Shown here one piece after another: positions 9,940 to 21,086 of a DNA stretch of 64,000 nt (position 1 is its first letter; every line of letters starts with the position of its first letter). The position numbers and the translations under genes were made by a program. The stretch covers positions 96,001 through 160,000 of the forward strand of contig CAWFQB010000006.1 of NCBI GenBank assembly GCA_963817895.1, in the 5' to 3' direction. The notes beneath the pieces were generated by a model. That model was not told the origin of the DNA. It made no database searches and worked only from the letters and a program-made list of their open reading frames with translations. The DNA is from an uncultured Chthonomonadaceae bacterium (GTDB taxonomy: Bacteria; Armatimonadota; Chthonomonadetes; Chthonomonadales; Chthonomonadaceae).

Positions 9940-12900
9940 CTTATCTCCACCTTCGTTTCCGCCGTTTCCGCTTTTTGTTCCGGGGTGTACATGGCTTGCA
10001 GCAGGGTCGGCAGGGCGCGGTACGTTCCGGGCGTTTGGGCGCGGAGATTGTACTCGAGGACGTGCTGACCGGCGGACAGCGAACGGGCGAAGAAGGCTAT
10101 CCGGTCGTCGCGCACATCTATGCTGGACCACCAGTAGTTCCAATCCGTGACCTCTTCCGCGTTACCCCGTTCCGAAACTTCACAGCCTGCCGGGAACGGG
10201 TCTTCAATCAGCACATACGACATATCGCGCGGCACGTTCAGGGTCAGGCGCACTCGAATATGGTCGCCGGTTTGCATGGTGTTATGCGTTGCTTCAGTTT
10301 TTACTTTCCACGGTTCGTCATTCGCCTGCTTTGTCGCAACGCGCAAATACTCCCGCGTAACGCTGAGTTTGCCCGTTGTTATGGCGGGCAGTTCCTCGCC
10401 GCTGACGGTTTCGCGCAGTTGCACCGCGTAGAAGATCGGGCTGTTGCCTCCCGTTCGCGTCAGGGTGATGTCGTTCTTGTCGGCGCGAAGTTGCGAAGCC
10501 GGAACGCGCAATACAATCTCTTTTTCGCGCAGGTTGTTTTCTGTCAGGGTTACGGCCTGCCATGCTTTACCGTTGACTTGTACCTGTACCTGCCCGCCCG
10601 CCGAGTAGTTCGGCTGCGTTTTCAGGTAGTCCGCAAGAGCGGACAATACCCATGACGTATCCCGCGTGCTGCCCCAATACTGGTCTGTTCGCTTCGTCAT
10701 CAGCCAGCGCAGGGTCGGCACAACGCGCTTGTCGGCGGGGTTACGGGCCAGCATCACCCGAAACGCCATTGCGGTTGCCGTCAGGTCGTCGCGGTTTTCG
10801 CTGTTGCGAATCCTGCCAGTGCAGCATCTCATCCTGATGCGTAGCTTTGCCGTCCAGCCAATGCGCCGCAGTACCGCTATCCTTTTGCAGCAAGCTGTCC
10901 GTCAGGGTCACATACGCGAGATTTTCTGCGGACATACCCGGAAGTGATAGCCGCCCGCGCCATTTGGCAACCTCTTTCTTCTCCCCCGCCAACGCCAGTC
11001 CGTACATCAGGAACGGCAATTGATCGGCCTTGCACCGATTCAGCAGTTTCACGCCCGCGTCGCGTCCCGTTTTCAAGACGCGGTCGCTAACCGGATAGCC
11101 GTCCGCCCGCGCTTCCGCCAGTCCGAGCAGCACGTAGCCCGTCATCCACGGATCGTCCGGGTCGTGTTCCCACCAGCCCCATGCTCCGCTCGGATGCTGG
11201 AAGCGGTACAAACGCTGCAAGCCCTCCCGCACCATTTTGGGCAGTTCCCTTGTTCGGCGCGTTTCCGCCTCATTGAGCGTCAATCCGCGCTGTTTCAGAA
11301 CCTGCTGTACCCGCAAATCCGGCAAAACGCGGCTCAAGGTTTGTTCCACGCAGCCATACGGATAGCCAATGAGATAGTCCAGACTGCCTGACAGGGAACT
11401 CGCAACGGAAGGCGTCAGGCGAACCGTGACATGGCTCAGTTCAGGAACCGCGTTCGCGTCCAGCCGAATCACTTCCGTTTCGGGATGTTCTGAGGTCAAT
11501 TGCCCCGCGAACGCTTTGTAATCCTCGCGCCCATGCGGTCGTATCGGCAGCGTGGTTTCCAGTCCGTCCGTGTACTGTCGCGCCGTTCCCTCTTTGGGCG
11601 TCCACGCGGTTACTTTCAGCTTGGCTTCGCCGTAACCGTTGGCGGTCACAGGCCACGACGCTTCCGCATGTCCGCCCGGTGGCAGCGTCAGGGTTTGTGT
11701 TTCATCGCCTCCAGCCGTCAGATTATCCGCGCGCAAACGAACCAGAGCCGTTTGCGCTACGCCCGTCTCATTGTGAACAATCGCAACCACGCGCGATTGA
11801 TCCGTTTGCGTCAGGGAACGCGGCGTTTGCAGCCGCACATAAAAGTCCTTTGTGACCAGAACTTTATCCACGCCGCGCCCGATTTTCGTATCCAGCGTGT
11901 TGGCAGTCGCTGTCGCCCGCCACGTTGTCAGATTGTCGGGAAGCGTAAATGACACGGTTGCCTTGCCCTGCGCGTCCGTTTGCAGGTTCGGGTTCCAATA
12001 CGCCGTATCGGGAAACTTTTTGCGGGTTTCGATCTTCGGCTCGGCCTTGTCCGCATCCCCCAGATACTCGACCGCGAACGAGTAACTCGTAGACACCTGA
12101 TTACTCCGGCGTGGATAAAACGCCTGCTGCATCGCTTTCGGATTGTCTTCCCGCAACGCGTAAATCGCCTCATCCACCACGCCGAACGACAACTCACATG
12201 GAACCGCCTTCCCCGCCGCGTCCGTCGTCTGAATTGTGTAGGTTATCTTATCCTCCGGCGCGTAGCGAGGAAGGGATGAGGGATGAGGGATGAGGGATGA
12301 AGCCGCCCCTTGTATCTTCTCCTCTTCTCCTTTTCTCCTTTTCTCCTTTTCTTCCCTGTCCGCCGTCACCGTCACCTTCACGTCACTGTTCGGCATGAGG
12401 ACGCGCAGGGGAGTTTCGCTCTGCGCGAAGTGCTTGTTCTGGACGTAGCAGGCGGCGAGGAAGACATTGGGGCCGTATTCGGCGCGAATGGGAACACGGA
12501 CAACGGTGCTGCGCGAGTGAATGGGAACCGTCATCACGCGCTGCACTTTTTCGCCCTCAATCGTCAGCAGAACCGTTTGGCCTAAATGCGACGTGTTGAG
12601 CAGGACGCGGGCCGTGTCGCCGGGCTTGTAATGCCGCTTGTCCGTGAGCAGGGAAAGGTCGTCATACGTGGTATCGAGTTCCCCGCCCTGATCGCTTGCC
12701 GCCCACAGATTGGCGCGGCCAAGCACCAGATGCCGTGACGCATCATACGCCCGCACTTTCAGCGAGAGCGTTCCGGCGCGTGGCGGCGTAATGGGCAACA
12801 CCATACGCCCATCCCCACCCGTGACGCCGTTCTGTAAGCCAATTTTCTTGTAGGCGTATTTGTCGTTCTGCCAGTGTTCAAAACCCGTTTCCAGACTGAA

Positions 12901-15010
12901 CGGCTGATTTGGTATCGGCTTGCCGTCGAAATCCTGCGCGGATACGACAACGTTCGTCACCTGTCCCGGCGCGGCAACGTAGCCGTCGGGCGTGACGGTC
13001 AATCGGAACGCGCCCCGCGTCACCCGCGCTTCTCCCGTCGCTTCCACTTCCCGGTCTTGCCCCTCAATCACGGTCGCGCTCAGGGTATACACTTCCTCCT
13101 GCGGACCTCTCTCTTCGGCGTTGCTGTCCTCCGCCGCATCCTCTTGCGCAGTGGTTTTCTCGTGGCGTCGGGCGCGTTCAGCCTGTTTGCGCTGTTTCGG
13201 GTCTTCGGCTGCGAACTCTATGACGGCCTTACCGTTCTCATCCAGCGTGATTGTGCCGTCTTTCGCCGTCGAGCCGTAATAGTTATCAACGCGGAATGTT
13301 CTGAAATCCCGACCACTCTTCCTCTTCGCCGTTCGCGTCCGCGTCCGCTTCGTACTCTGATTGCCAATCGGGGGACGAGTACACGCTGTATCGCACTTTC
13401 GCGCCCGCAACCGGCGCGCCGAAGAAGAATTTGCCCTCGACAGTCATGCGGACGGTTTCGCCCCGCGTATAGGTTTTCTTGTCCGGGGTCACGGTCACGG
13501 CGTATTCCGGCTTGTGGTACGAGGCGACATAAATGTCTTCGGTATGTTCCGTTCCCGCAATATTCATGACCAGCGTGTATACGCCCGTTGCCGCCTCCTT
13601 GAGCAAATCCGCCTGCCCGAAGAACGCGCCGTAAGCGTTGGTGACGTACCGCTGTTCCACAATACGCTCACCGCTCTTGTCGCGGATTTCCACGTCAACG
13701 GGCTGCCCGACCGGAACCGTATAGCGCGGCGCGTTACTCGAATCCGGCGCGTCCCATGAACCTGCCGCCGCCTTGTAATCCACTTCGCGTCGTTTCCGCG
13801 CAATGCCCTTGAAGGAGATACGCTGACCGGGACGATAAACCGTTCTATCCGTGTAGGCATGTACCACGTAAGCGTTGTTCTTCTCGTCATTCGTGGCGTT
13901 GCGCTGCACGACCGCCTCATCATCGCCCCTGAGCGCGACCGTCATCAGGCGAGTCGAGGCGGAAACTTCACTTTCTCCCAGATTGGGAACGCTGTACTGC
14001 GCCACGCCCTGCGCGTCCGTTCTGCCGCTTGCCACCACGCGCCCGTTCCGATACGTCCGTACTTCGCTTCCGGCAATCGGCGTTCCGCTCTGCATGTCGG
14101 CGGCAAAAGCCACTAACTGCGATTTTGCCCGCTTCACGATCAGGCCGGTATCCGTGACCAGCAGCCACGAACAAACGGTCTTTTTCGCGTGTTCAATATC
14201 CAGCAGGTACAGGCCCGTTCGGGCGGGCAGGCCAAGTTTCGGCAGGTCAATCTGCTGATAGAAAAAGCCCTCCCTATCCGCCGTGTTGATGGCAAGGTCA
14301 CGAGTAAACAGCAGGTTGGGCGGCGAAGCCAGTTTGGGATGCAGCAGGGCAGCGGGCAGGTTCGGCGTCTGGTCGGTTCCCCGCGCTACCTCCTCCAATG
14401 CGCCCGCCGCCTTCTCATCCTTCAAGATGTTAGACAGCCGGGTTTGGAACACGCGCAGGCGCATGGTGTCCGGGCTGGGCGGCACAGCCAGAACCTTGTC
14501 GCTGTCCACATAGCCGCTGACAGAAATACGCGTTTTTTCTTTCGTGCCGAACACGCGCTGATGCTGCTTGATCTCCAGTTCAGCCTCGTTGCGAGTCAGG
14601 TACAGCGTGAGTTGCGTCGTCTTACCCTCCAGAGTGTAAACGCTGGCATCTTTCGCCGTATGCGCCCGTGTGCTTGCCGTGACATCGTACTCGCCTTCTG
14701 GCACATTGACAAGCGAAAATCGTCCCTCCGCATTGGTCACGGCGCGGCGCATAGGCCGGTCATCGCGATCCGGTCCCGTCGGCTGCAAATAGATATGAAC
14801 GCCCGCCATAGGACGATGCAAATCCGCCAGCAGAATCTGCCCTTCGATCTTGCCAACCGGCGTCTCGTTCCCCACCATATACCGGAACGCCCAGCCCAGC
14901 GCGAGAACGGCGAGAACAAGCGAAACGGCAGTTGACAGTTGATAGTTGATAGTTGATAGGGAATTTACTTTTCCCTTTTCCCTTTTCCCTTTTCCCTCGT
15001 CTTGTCTCAT
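9936..15010 (-). CDS. Bacterial alpha-2-macroglobulin (MG2) family protein, frameshifted near 13300-13400 and 10800
   Basis: YTDRTVYRPG, LPDNLTTWR, YPYGCVEQ thioester motif and EDPFPAG across three consecutive ORFs. Confidence 0.9.
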
Positions 15011-16785
15011 TTCGCGCCTCCCTTCAGCAACGTTTCAGACGAGCGGCGCGAACGTCCAGCCAAACTGCCGATGAAGAGCAGGGCGGCAACAATACCGGTA
15101 AGGTAGGTGAGCAGGCGCGTTTTGTCTGTTCGGGCCATGAGCGTGACGGGGAGGACATGCGCTGTCCATTGCGCCACTGCCAGCCCCATGCCAAGCGCGA
15201 ACAATCCAATCAGCCATTCGCTCGGCACGGATCGAAAGCCCTCCAATTCCGTCTCTTCACGCCCTTGCCCACGTCCCGAACCATCCCCGATCACCGTCGC
15301 CAACGCCAGCCCGAAGAACAGGCACAGTAAACATTTGGTTCCAAACAACATCAGCAACAGCGCAGGAACAAACAGCAGCAACACGCCCGCGATGAGCATA
15401 CGGAGAAGGGTGGTTGGTGTTCGGTGTTCGGTATTCGGTGTTAGGTCTTCCCCTGACCCCTGACCCCTGACCTCTGACCCCTGATACTGCGCCAGTGCCG
15501 CCGGAGTGGCCGCGCCGACGATGAAGCCGAGCAGAGCGTAGTGGTCGGGCAGGAGGACGTTTTGCAGGTCATCGTGGTAGCGTACCTGAAACAGGCGGTA
15601 CAGCAGGAGGAGGGTTCCGAACAACAGCAGGCGCAGGAGTTCCGAGGGAACCGTCAGGACAGATGCGGGAGAGAGTTCGGCTGTAGCAGGGGCTGCGTTG
15701 CTTCCCTGCGCGCCAATTAAGGCCATGCCCATTGTCAGCCACGCGCCGAGCAGCATGATCGCGACGCCCACGCCGGACAGCATTTGAAACGCCACCATAC
15801 CCGCCGCCATCATCACAAGGGTTGGCAGGGCCATGCGCTGCCAGCCTCCGTTGCCGCCATTTGCAGCAGATCGCGCTTGACCGGCAAGCATCCACCATGC
15901 CAGCCCGCTTGCCGCAATCCCCATGCCGAGCAGTCGAAAGATATTGGGCTGCGCCCATATTCGATGCCCGAATTGCGTTCCCAAAGCCATAAATAGCAGA
16001 CTGCCGATCAGCCAGCGCAGTATAGCCGGGGCCGATTGTCGCGCGGATTCACTTTTCAGAGAAGAGGAAACGCGCAGCAGCAAATTCGCTCCCGGCAACT
16101 GGCGCAGCAGGGTTGGGGGCAGGGCGCACAATAATAGCGTGAATACCATGAAAGCGGCCAACAGCAGCAGGGGCGCGCTCCACGGAACGCCGACCAGACT
16201 GTTCCCAACGCGCGCGTTGCCGCCCAATTCGCCAACCGCCCCCACTGCGCACAAGGTTGACACGAACCCGGTTCCCGCTGCCAGAGTCAGTCCGGCAAAT
16301 CGGCTTGCGCTACGCGCCGCGTTGATACCCGCCAGCAGAAGTAATGTAGATGCCAGCCAGCCCACAGCAACGCCAAACAGCGCGTCTACCACCACGTTCC
16401 GCAGCCAGATCAATGGAATGGCGACGGTAACAAGGCCAATGGCGAACGGCATCACCGCGCTTATGGCATTACGCGCCTCGTCCGTTCCTTCCACTTCATC
16501 CTCATGCCAACTTCGGGCAACCGCCCACGTTGTCAGCAATGCGCCCATACATCCTAAATATAATCCGCATCCCAACCCTTGCCCGTCGGCAAATGGCGGA
16601 TGCTTAAAAATCACGGCGATAAATGCTATGAACAGTACGATGACCGGCGCTATGCGATACGGCACAGGCAGCCACTCCGCCATCTTCTGTATCGGATTTG
16701 AGGTTTGGCGCGACGCGAGCAGCAGGCTGCACACCCACGCCACCACGCCCAACGCCAACGCGCTGAAATACAAACTGCGTTCCAT
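15007..16785 (-). CDS. Polytopic membrane protein of unknown function, translationally coupled to the A2M gene
   Basis: 592 aa with many TM segments; 4-nt overlap with the next gene. Confidence 0.75.
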   Translation of the reverse strand: MERSLYFSALALGVVAWVCSLLLASRQTSNPIQKMAEWLPVPYRIAPVIVLFIAFIAVIFKHPPFADGQGLGCGLYLGCMGALLTTWAVARSWHEDEVEGTDEARNAISAVMPFAIGLVTVAIPLIWLRNVVVDALFGVAVGWLASTLLLLAGINAARSASRFAGLTLAAGTGFVSTLCAVGAVGELGGNARVGNSLVGVPWSAPLLLLAAFMVFTLLLCALPPTLLRQLPGANLLLRVSSSLKSESARQSAPAILRWLIGSLLFMALGTQFGHRIWAQPNIFRLLGMGIAASGLAWWMLAGQARSAANGGNGGWQRMALPTLVMMAAGMVAFQMLSGVGVAIMLLGAWLTMGMALIGAQGSNAAPATAELSPASVLTVPSELLRLLLFGTLLLLYRLFQVRYHDDLQNVLLPDHYALLGFIVGAATPAALAQYQGSEVRGQGSGEDLTPNTEHRTPTTLLRMLIAGVLLLFVPALLLMLFGTKCLLCLFFGLALATVIGDGSGRGQGREETELEGFRSVPSEWLIGLFALGMGLAVAQWTAHVLPVTLMARTDKTRLLTYLTGIVAALLFIGSLAGRSRRSSETLLKGGAK

Positions 16786-17397
16786 GTTCGATTTTTCTCC
16801 TTCAAGAGGAACACGCGCAAAGGCACAGTGGAAATTTCACTTCAGGAAGTGAGGCAGACGTGGCGAAGCGCCGCCACCGCAAGCGCGAGTCCACGGAGGA
16901 TCCGGCGCGAACGGACGCGGGCAAATTGAAAAACAGGAACGCAGAGTAACGGCAATGCGAGAGAAGAGAGCGATATTCATCCGAAAGTCGGAGAAAGCGC
17001 GGGAAGCGAACCGAACCTCAACCAGCGTCGTCAGGGACACCAGACGATCACAGCGCGACGCGAAACGTCGAACCATTCTCTGACAAACGAGCCTTTCTCA
17101 GGGGAAGCGCGTATTTTCCGCGACTACGGAAAATGGGTATTCGCGCTGTGCCAGTGGTGACACAAAAGCGGCAAAGCGAAGGGGCAAACAGGCAACAACG
17201 CCTGCTATTTGTTCTTCATCATCGTTGTACGAAGCGATCTGTAAAATGGTTTCAGCAACTTCGCGCCCTCGCAAAAAATATGCAAATTCTATCATTGAAG
17301 CCGCCGCGCCGCCCGAACCTGCCGCGCCCGCCCCGCTGTTTTCGCCGGATAGGGGCGATCCCGAATCGTCCCTGCCGCCTGCGACTGTCGCCGGCTA

Positions 17398-17501
17398 AGA
17401 GCTTATCCCAATAGGCGATTGCATTTGCGTCCGAAGGACGCTTGGCCGCAGGCCACTCAGACGGGTACGTTCTTTGTACCCGGCCTGTTGGGATAGGCTC
17501 T
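17398..17501. repeat. Short palindromic element with IS5-like ends and the MITE core motif
   Basis: AGAGCTTATCCCAATAGGC / GCCTGTTGGGATAGGCTCT ends; internal GCGTCCGAAGGACGCTTGG...CCACTCAGACGGGTA shared with the MITEs. Confidence 0.6.
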
Positions 17502-17602
17502 GGAGAAATCTGATACTTAAAGAAAAGCCCCTCCCCTGGCGCGTTGCGCGGCAAGGAGAGGGGTGTTCTTCCCTACGGGTGGACGCCCGGGGTCAGGTAT
17601 TT

Positions 17603-17821
17603 CTACGCTGTTGCCATGAGGGGCGCGACGTTGGAAGCCTGACGGCCTTTGGGCGTATCAATAGAAGAGTAGCTGACCTCCTGGCCTTCGCGCAGAGTCT
17701 TAAAGCCCTCCGTTTGTATCACGGAATAGTGGACGAACACGTCCACGCCATCTTCCGCCTCGATAAAGCCGTAGCCTTTGGCGTCATTAAACCACTTCAC
17801 TTTGCCTTTGGTGTCAACCAT
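17603..17821 (-). CDS. csp: Cold-shock protein (CspA family)
   Basis: [16 protein letters not shown] and DVFVHYS motifs. Confidence 0.95.
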   Translation of the reverse strand: MVDTKGKVKWFNDAKGYGFIEAEDGVDVFVHYSVIQTEGFKTLREGQEVSYSSIDTPKGRQASNVAPLMATA

Positions 17822-18274
17822 GATGTCGTTCTCCTACTTCAGCCCTCGACCGTTCGGGGGATACTGCGTGATGATGCGTGACAGGGATGTTAGACAGGAG
17901 CGCAACGGCGCGTTCCCGTCGTCCTTTCCTGCGCCTGAGCGCAGAGCAGACATTCGCGAATATGTCTAATTCTCTCAATTGCATGAAGTGTGCCAAATAG
18001 CGCAAAAATGCAATTTCTACCAAAAATTTCGTAAATTTTTCAGTATAATGCCGACAATAAGGTAAAAATGCCGGTATGACAGGTGTTTGGAGTATCCTGA
18101 TAAAAAAACTGCGGGCGCGTAAGCCGTCTGCGCCTGCCTCCGGGGAGTACGACAACAATGGGGACGTGGGAATAGGGAATGGAATCAAAATTTCGCCGAA
18201 AGCGAATCTCCAAAACAAATTTCAGGTAAAATTAGGGATTGCGGAATTATAAGCATTTGCGTGTTGAATATCAC

Positions 18275-18303
18275 TTGACAGTCGGCGTAATCAGGTGTAC
18301 ACT
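18275..18303 (+). promoter_or_regulatory. Sigma70-type promoter for the RRM gene
   Basis: TTGACA-17 bp-TACACT, about 265 nt upstream of the ATG. Confidence 0.65.
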
Positions 18304-18570
18304 AGCATATCTGTTCGACGACATGAATGTTTGAAGAACCTTGCGGACGCATTGATGCCCTGAGAGCTTTGTTAGTCTCGTTGCGCTGGTTGCTTCCCGG
18401 CTCCTTCTGCTCTTTCCTGCCGCCTGTTCCAGATCGTGAAGATACAGACAGGCTTCACGTGTTTATCCCGCTGCTGTTATCCGATTTCGGGCCGGCGGCA
18501 TGTTATCGTTTCCCTATGATCCGCAACGGCCAATGCGCCGCGCGCGGGCAGGGAAGAAGGACCATTTCAG

Positions 18571-18981
18571 ATGGGAACGCGCATCTATGTAGGCGGTCTG
18601 CCGTATTCCACGACGGACGCTGACCTCGAAAGTCTGTTCAGCGCCTCGGGTACGGTATCTTCGGCCAGCGTCGTCACAGACAAGTACACGGGCCAGTCCA
18701 AAGGCTTCGGCTTTGTGGAAATGAGCACGGACGGGGAGGCCCAGGCGGCCATTTCCGCCCTGAACGGCACTCTGATGGGTGGTCGCACGCTCACGGTCAA
18801 CGAAGCGCGCCCGCGCGAAGAGCGTTCGGGCGGCGGCGGTTATGGCGGTGGCGGCGGTGGTGGTCGCAGCGGTGGCGGCGGCTATGGCGGCGGCAGTGGC
18901 GGTGGCTACGGTGGCGGTGGCGGCGGCGGACGTGATCGCGGCGGCTATGGCGGCGGTGGTGGCGGACGCGACCGTTACTAA
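18571..18981 (+). CDS. RRM RNA-binding protein with glycine-rich tail
   Basis: IYVGGL (RNP2), KGFGFVEM (RNP1), GGGYGG repeats. Confidence 0.95.
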   Translation: MGTRIYVGGLPYSTTDADLESLFSASGTVSSASVVTDKYTGQSKGFGFVEMSTDGEAQAAISALNGTLMGGRTLTVNEARPREERSGGGGYGGGGGGGRSGGGGYGGGSGGGYGGGGGGGRDRGGYGGGGGGRDRY

Positions 18982-19005
18982 AGGTTCGACGGACCTGATT
19001 CAATA

Positions 19006-19052
19006 AAGGGAGTTCCATCGGCTGTCAAATGCCGGTGGAACTCCTTTTCTTT
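19006..19052 (+). terminator. Intrinsic terminator
   Basis: GGAGTTCCATCGGC...GCCGGTGGAACTCC hairpin followed by a T-run. Confidence 0.75.
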
Positions 19053-19093
19053 CGTCTCACCATTCTGTATGCTCCTGACTGCCGGAAGGCGTT

Positions 19094-19534
19094 TCAGGCT
19101 CCTCCAGACGAACGGCGGTATGACGCGCATAGTCTTTTAATTGCAGGGCGCGTCCGTACAAGATGCAGCGCATTCTCGTCGGCAAGCAACGGCCACATCG
19201 TGCCGCGTTTGTTTGCGATTAGAAGCGCGTTGGCTTCCATCTCCGCGTCTTGGAACGCCAGCCACGCTGTTTGGGATTTGCGCAGGACGGCGCGGCGTTC
19301 GCCTGTCAACGCGCTCAGAAGCCGCTTGTAATCGCGGTTCATTTCCGCTTCCCACAGTTCGCGCGCTTTCAACGTCGCGTGGCGCATCCCCATTGTAGAA
19401 TGGTTTTGGGCAATAGCCTTGTCCAGCCACTTGTCGGCCGGGTATTTGGCCTCACCCGCCTGCGCTGAACCCGACGCGCCCAAACTATACAGCAGCGCCA
19501 TGCCTATCATGCAAACCGTTTGCCTGTTCCTCAT
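19094..19534 (-). CDS. Lysozyme inhibitor LprI (DUF1311) family exported protein
   Basis: Signal peptide; MNRDYKRL and LRKSQTAWLAFQD motifs. Confidence 0.75.
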   Translation of the reverse strand: MRNRQTVCMIGMALLYSLGASGSAQAGEAKYPADKWLDKAIAQNHSTMGMRHATLKARELWEAEMNRDYKRLLSALTGERRAVLRKSQTAWLAFQDAEMEANALLIANKRGTMWPLLADENALHLVRTRPAIKRLCASYRRSSGGA

Positions 19535-19584
19535 TATCGGCTCCTTGTAATTCCTGTCAGAATACCGCCAAAGACCCTCAATAT

Positions 19585-19626
19585 AAAACTCCCGCTGAAT
19601 CTGCGCGAGAGTCAGCGGGAGTTTTT
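19585..19626 (-). terminator. Intrinsic terminator after the tRNA operon
   Basis: AAACTCCCGCTGA...TCAGCGGGAGTTT hairpin. Confidence 0.7.
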
Positions 19627-19633
19627 AATTAAA

Positions 19634-19715
19634 TGCCGAGGACAGGACTTGAACCTGCAAGCCTTTTGAGCATACGCACCTCAAGCGTACGTGTCTGCCA
19701 TTTCACCACCTCGGC
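19634..19715 (-). tRNA. tRNA-Leu(GAG)
   Basis: Cloverleaf GCCGAGG.../CCTCGGC A, anticodon arm TACGC-TTGAGGT-GCGTA, long variable arm. Confidence 0.95.
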
Positions 19716-19796
19716 GGGAACAAGATAGTAGGGAGTAGGGAGTAGGGAGTAGTAAAATGTCCTACTCCCTACTCCCTGCCGCCTACTCCCTGTATG

Positions 19797-19871
19797 TGGT
19801 AGGGATACGGGGAATCGAACCCCGGCTTAAGGACTGAAAATCCCTCGTCCTAACCTCTAGACGATATCCCC
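19797..19871 (-). tRNA. tRNA-Glu(TTC)
   Basis: GGGGATA.../TATCCCT A CCA, anticodon loop TTTTCAG, GTTCGA T-loop. Confidence 0.93.
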
Positions 19872-19901
19872 ACAATCGCGAACCAACCTTCAAACATCCT
19901 T

Positions 19902-19930
19902 ATTATACGGGCGCGGGCGCGGTTTGTCAA
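19902..19930 (-). promoter_or_regulatory. Consensus sigma70 promoter of the tRNA-Glu/tRNA-Leu operon
   Basis: TTGACA-17 bp-TATAAT on the minus strand. Confidence 0.85.
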
Positions 19931-20088
19931 GAGGAGCGGCGCGAAAAAGCGGCCTGCGAAAATAAACCTGAATTAAGCTGAAGAAAGAACCTTCTTCTGC
20001 CGACAATATGGCGCATACCCTGTATTTGTGTCAGGCCATGAGGCAAGTTGATGTCAAGGCCCGCTTTCCAGAGGCCAGGAGAACTCGC

Positions 20089-20850
20089 ATGATCCATCCT
20101 TTCCGTACTTCCCTGTTTACGCCGCTGGCTTTGTGCGTATTAAGCCTGCTGCCCCTGTCCCTTCGCGCGCAAACACAGGCCATTGATTTTGTGCCGGGAG
20201 ATGCGCGCTATGACTACACCAATTCAGTTGCCAGTTGGGCGGTGGGCTACCAGTTCTCAACCCGCAACGCCGATGTGACCCTGTACAATTTGGGCTTCTA
20301 TGACAGCGGCATTGCGCCCACAACCGCGCCCGGCAACGGCACCATCACAATGCCGGATGGATTTACGTCCAGTCACGAAGTGGGCCTTTACGATGTGCAT
20401 GGCAACTTGCTGATACAGACTGTTGTGTCGCAAAGCGCCACGCTGCTGGACGGCAATTTTCGGTATGCGGCTGATTTGCGAGACGGCGCGGGCAATCCAA
20501 TTACCGGCCCGTACATCCTGCCGATGAATAGCGTATTCTACATCGAGGGTGTGTCTCACGGCGAAAATTATACCTACGTGCAGAGTGGGACATTGAAGCA
20601 GGACATCGGCATTGCCTATGCGCACAGCGTTTACGGGTTAAGCGATACCCTCAAAATTCCCGGTTCGCAGGATGCCGCTTTCGGCTATTTTGGCCCCAAC
20701 TTCACCACCTCCAGTTTCAACCCACTCGGTACGCCGCCAGGTTCCTCCACGCCCGAACCCGGTCCGTCCGCTTTTGCCCTTTGCGCTTCTGTCGCGGGAT
20801 TGTTGTGGCGCGCAAAGCGTTTGCGCGGTGTCCGCCCTGCTTCCTGCTGA
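20089..20850 (+). CDS. PEP-CTERM sorting-domain surface protein
   Basis: Signal peptide; C-terminal TPEPG, TM helix and basic tail. Confidence 0.8.
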   Translation: MIHPFRTSLFTPLALCVLSLLPLSLRAQTQAIDFVPGDARYDYTNSVASWAVGYQFSTRNADVTLYNLGFYDSGIAPTTAPGNGTITMPDGFTSSHEVGLYDVHGNLLIQTVVSQSATLLDGNFRYAADLRDGAGNPITGPYILPMNSVFYIEGVSHGENYTYVQSGTLKQDIGIAYAHSVYGLSDTLKIPGSQDAAFGYFGPNFTTSSFNPLGTPPGSSTPEPGPSAFALCASVAGLLWRAKRLRGVRPASC

Positions 20851-21086
20851 GTTTTGAACGCCACGTCCAGCTATTATAATAGTTGACATTGAATGACCGG
20901 ATGCCGCTCGCATCCGGTCATTCGCGTTTTTGCCTCTTATCAGCATTGTGCCATTTGGCAATATCGGGTAAACTTTACTGTTCACTTTCGCCGCCGCGAG
21001 GCGGCGTTGCTTTTGTTGTTGAAATTGGGTTCTGTTGCAGGGCTTCAACAGGATCGCGCTTGACCCGTGTTCAGGAGGTTTTACGC

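Noticed and set aside
16837..17076. 79-aa ORF upstream of the A2M operon as an arrest or leader peptide
   Set aside because: No clear RBS or recognised motif; cannot be supported
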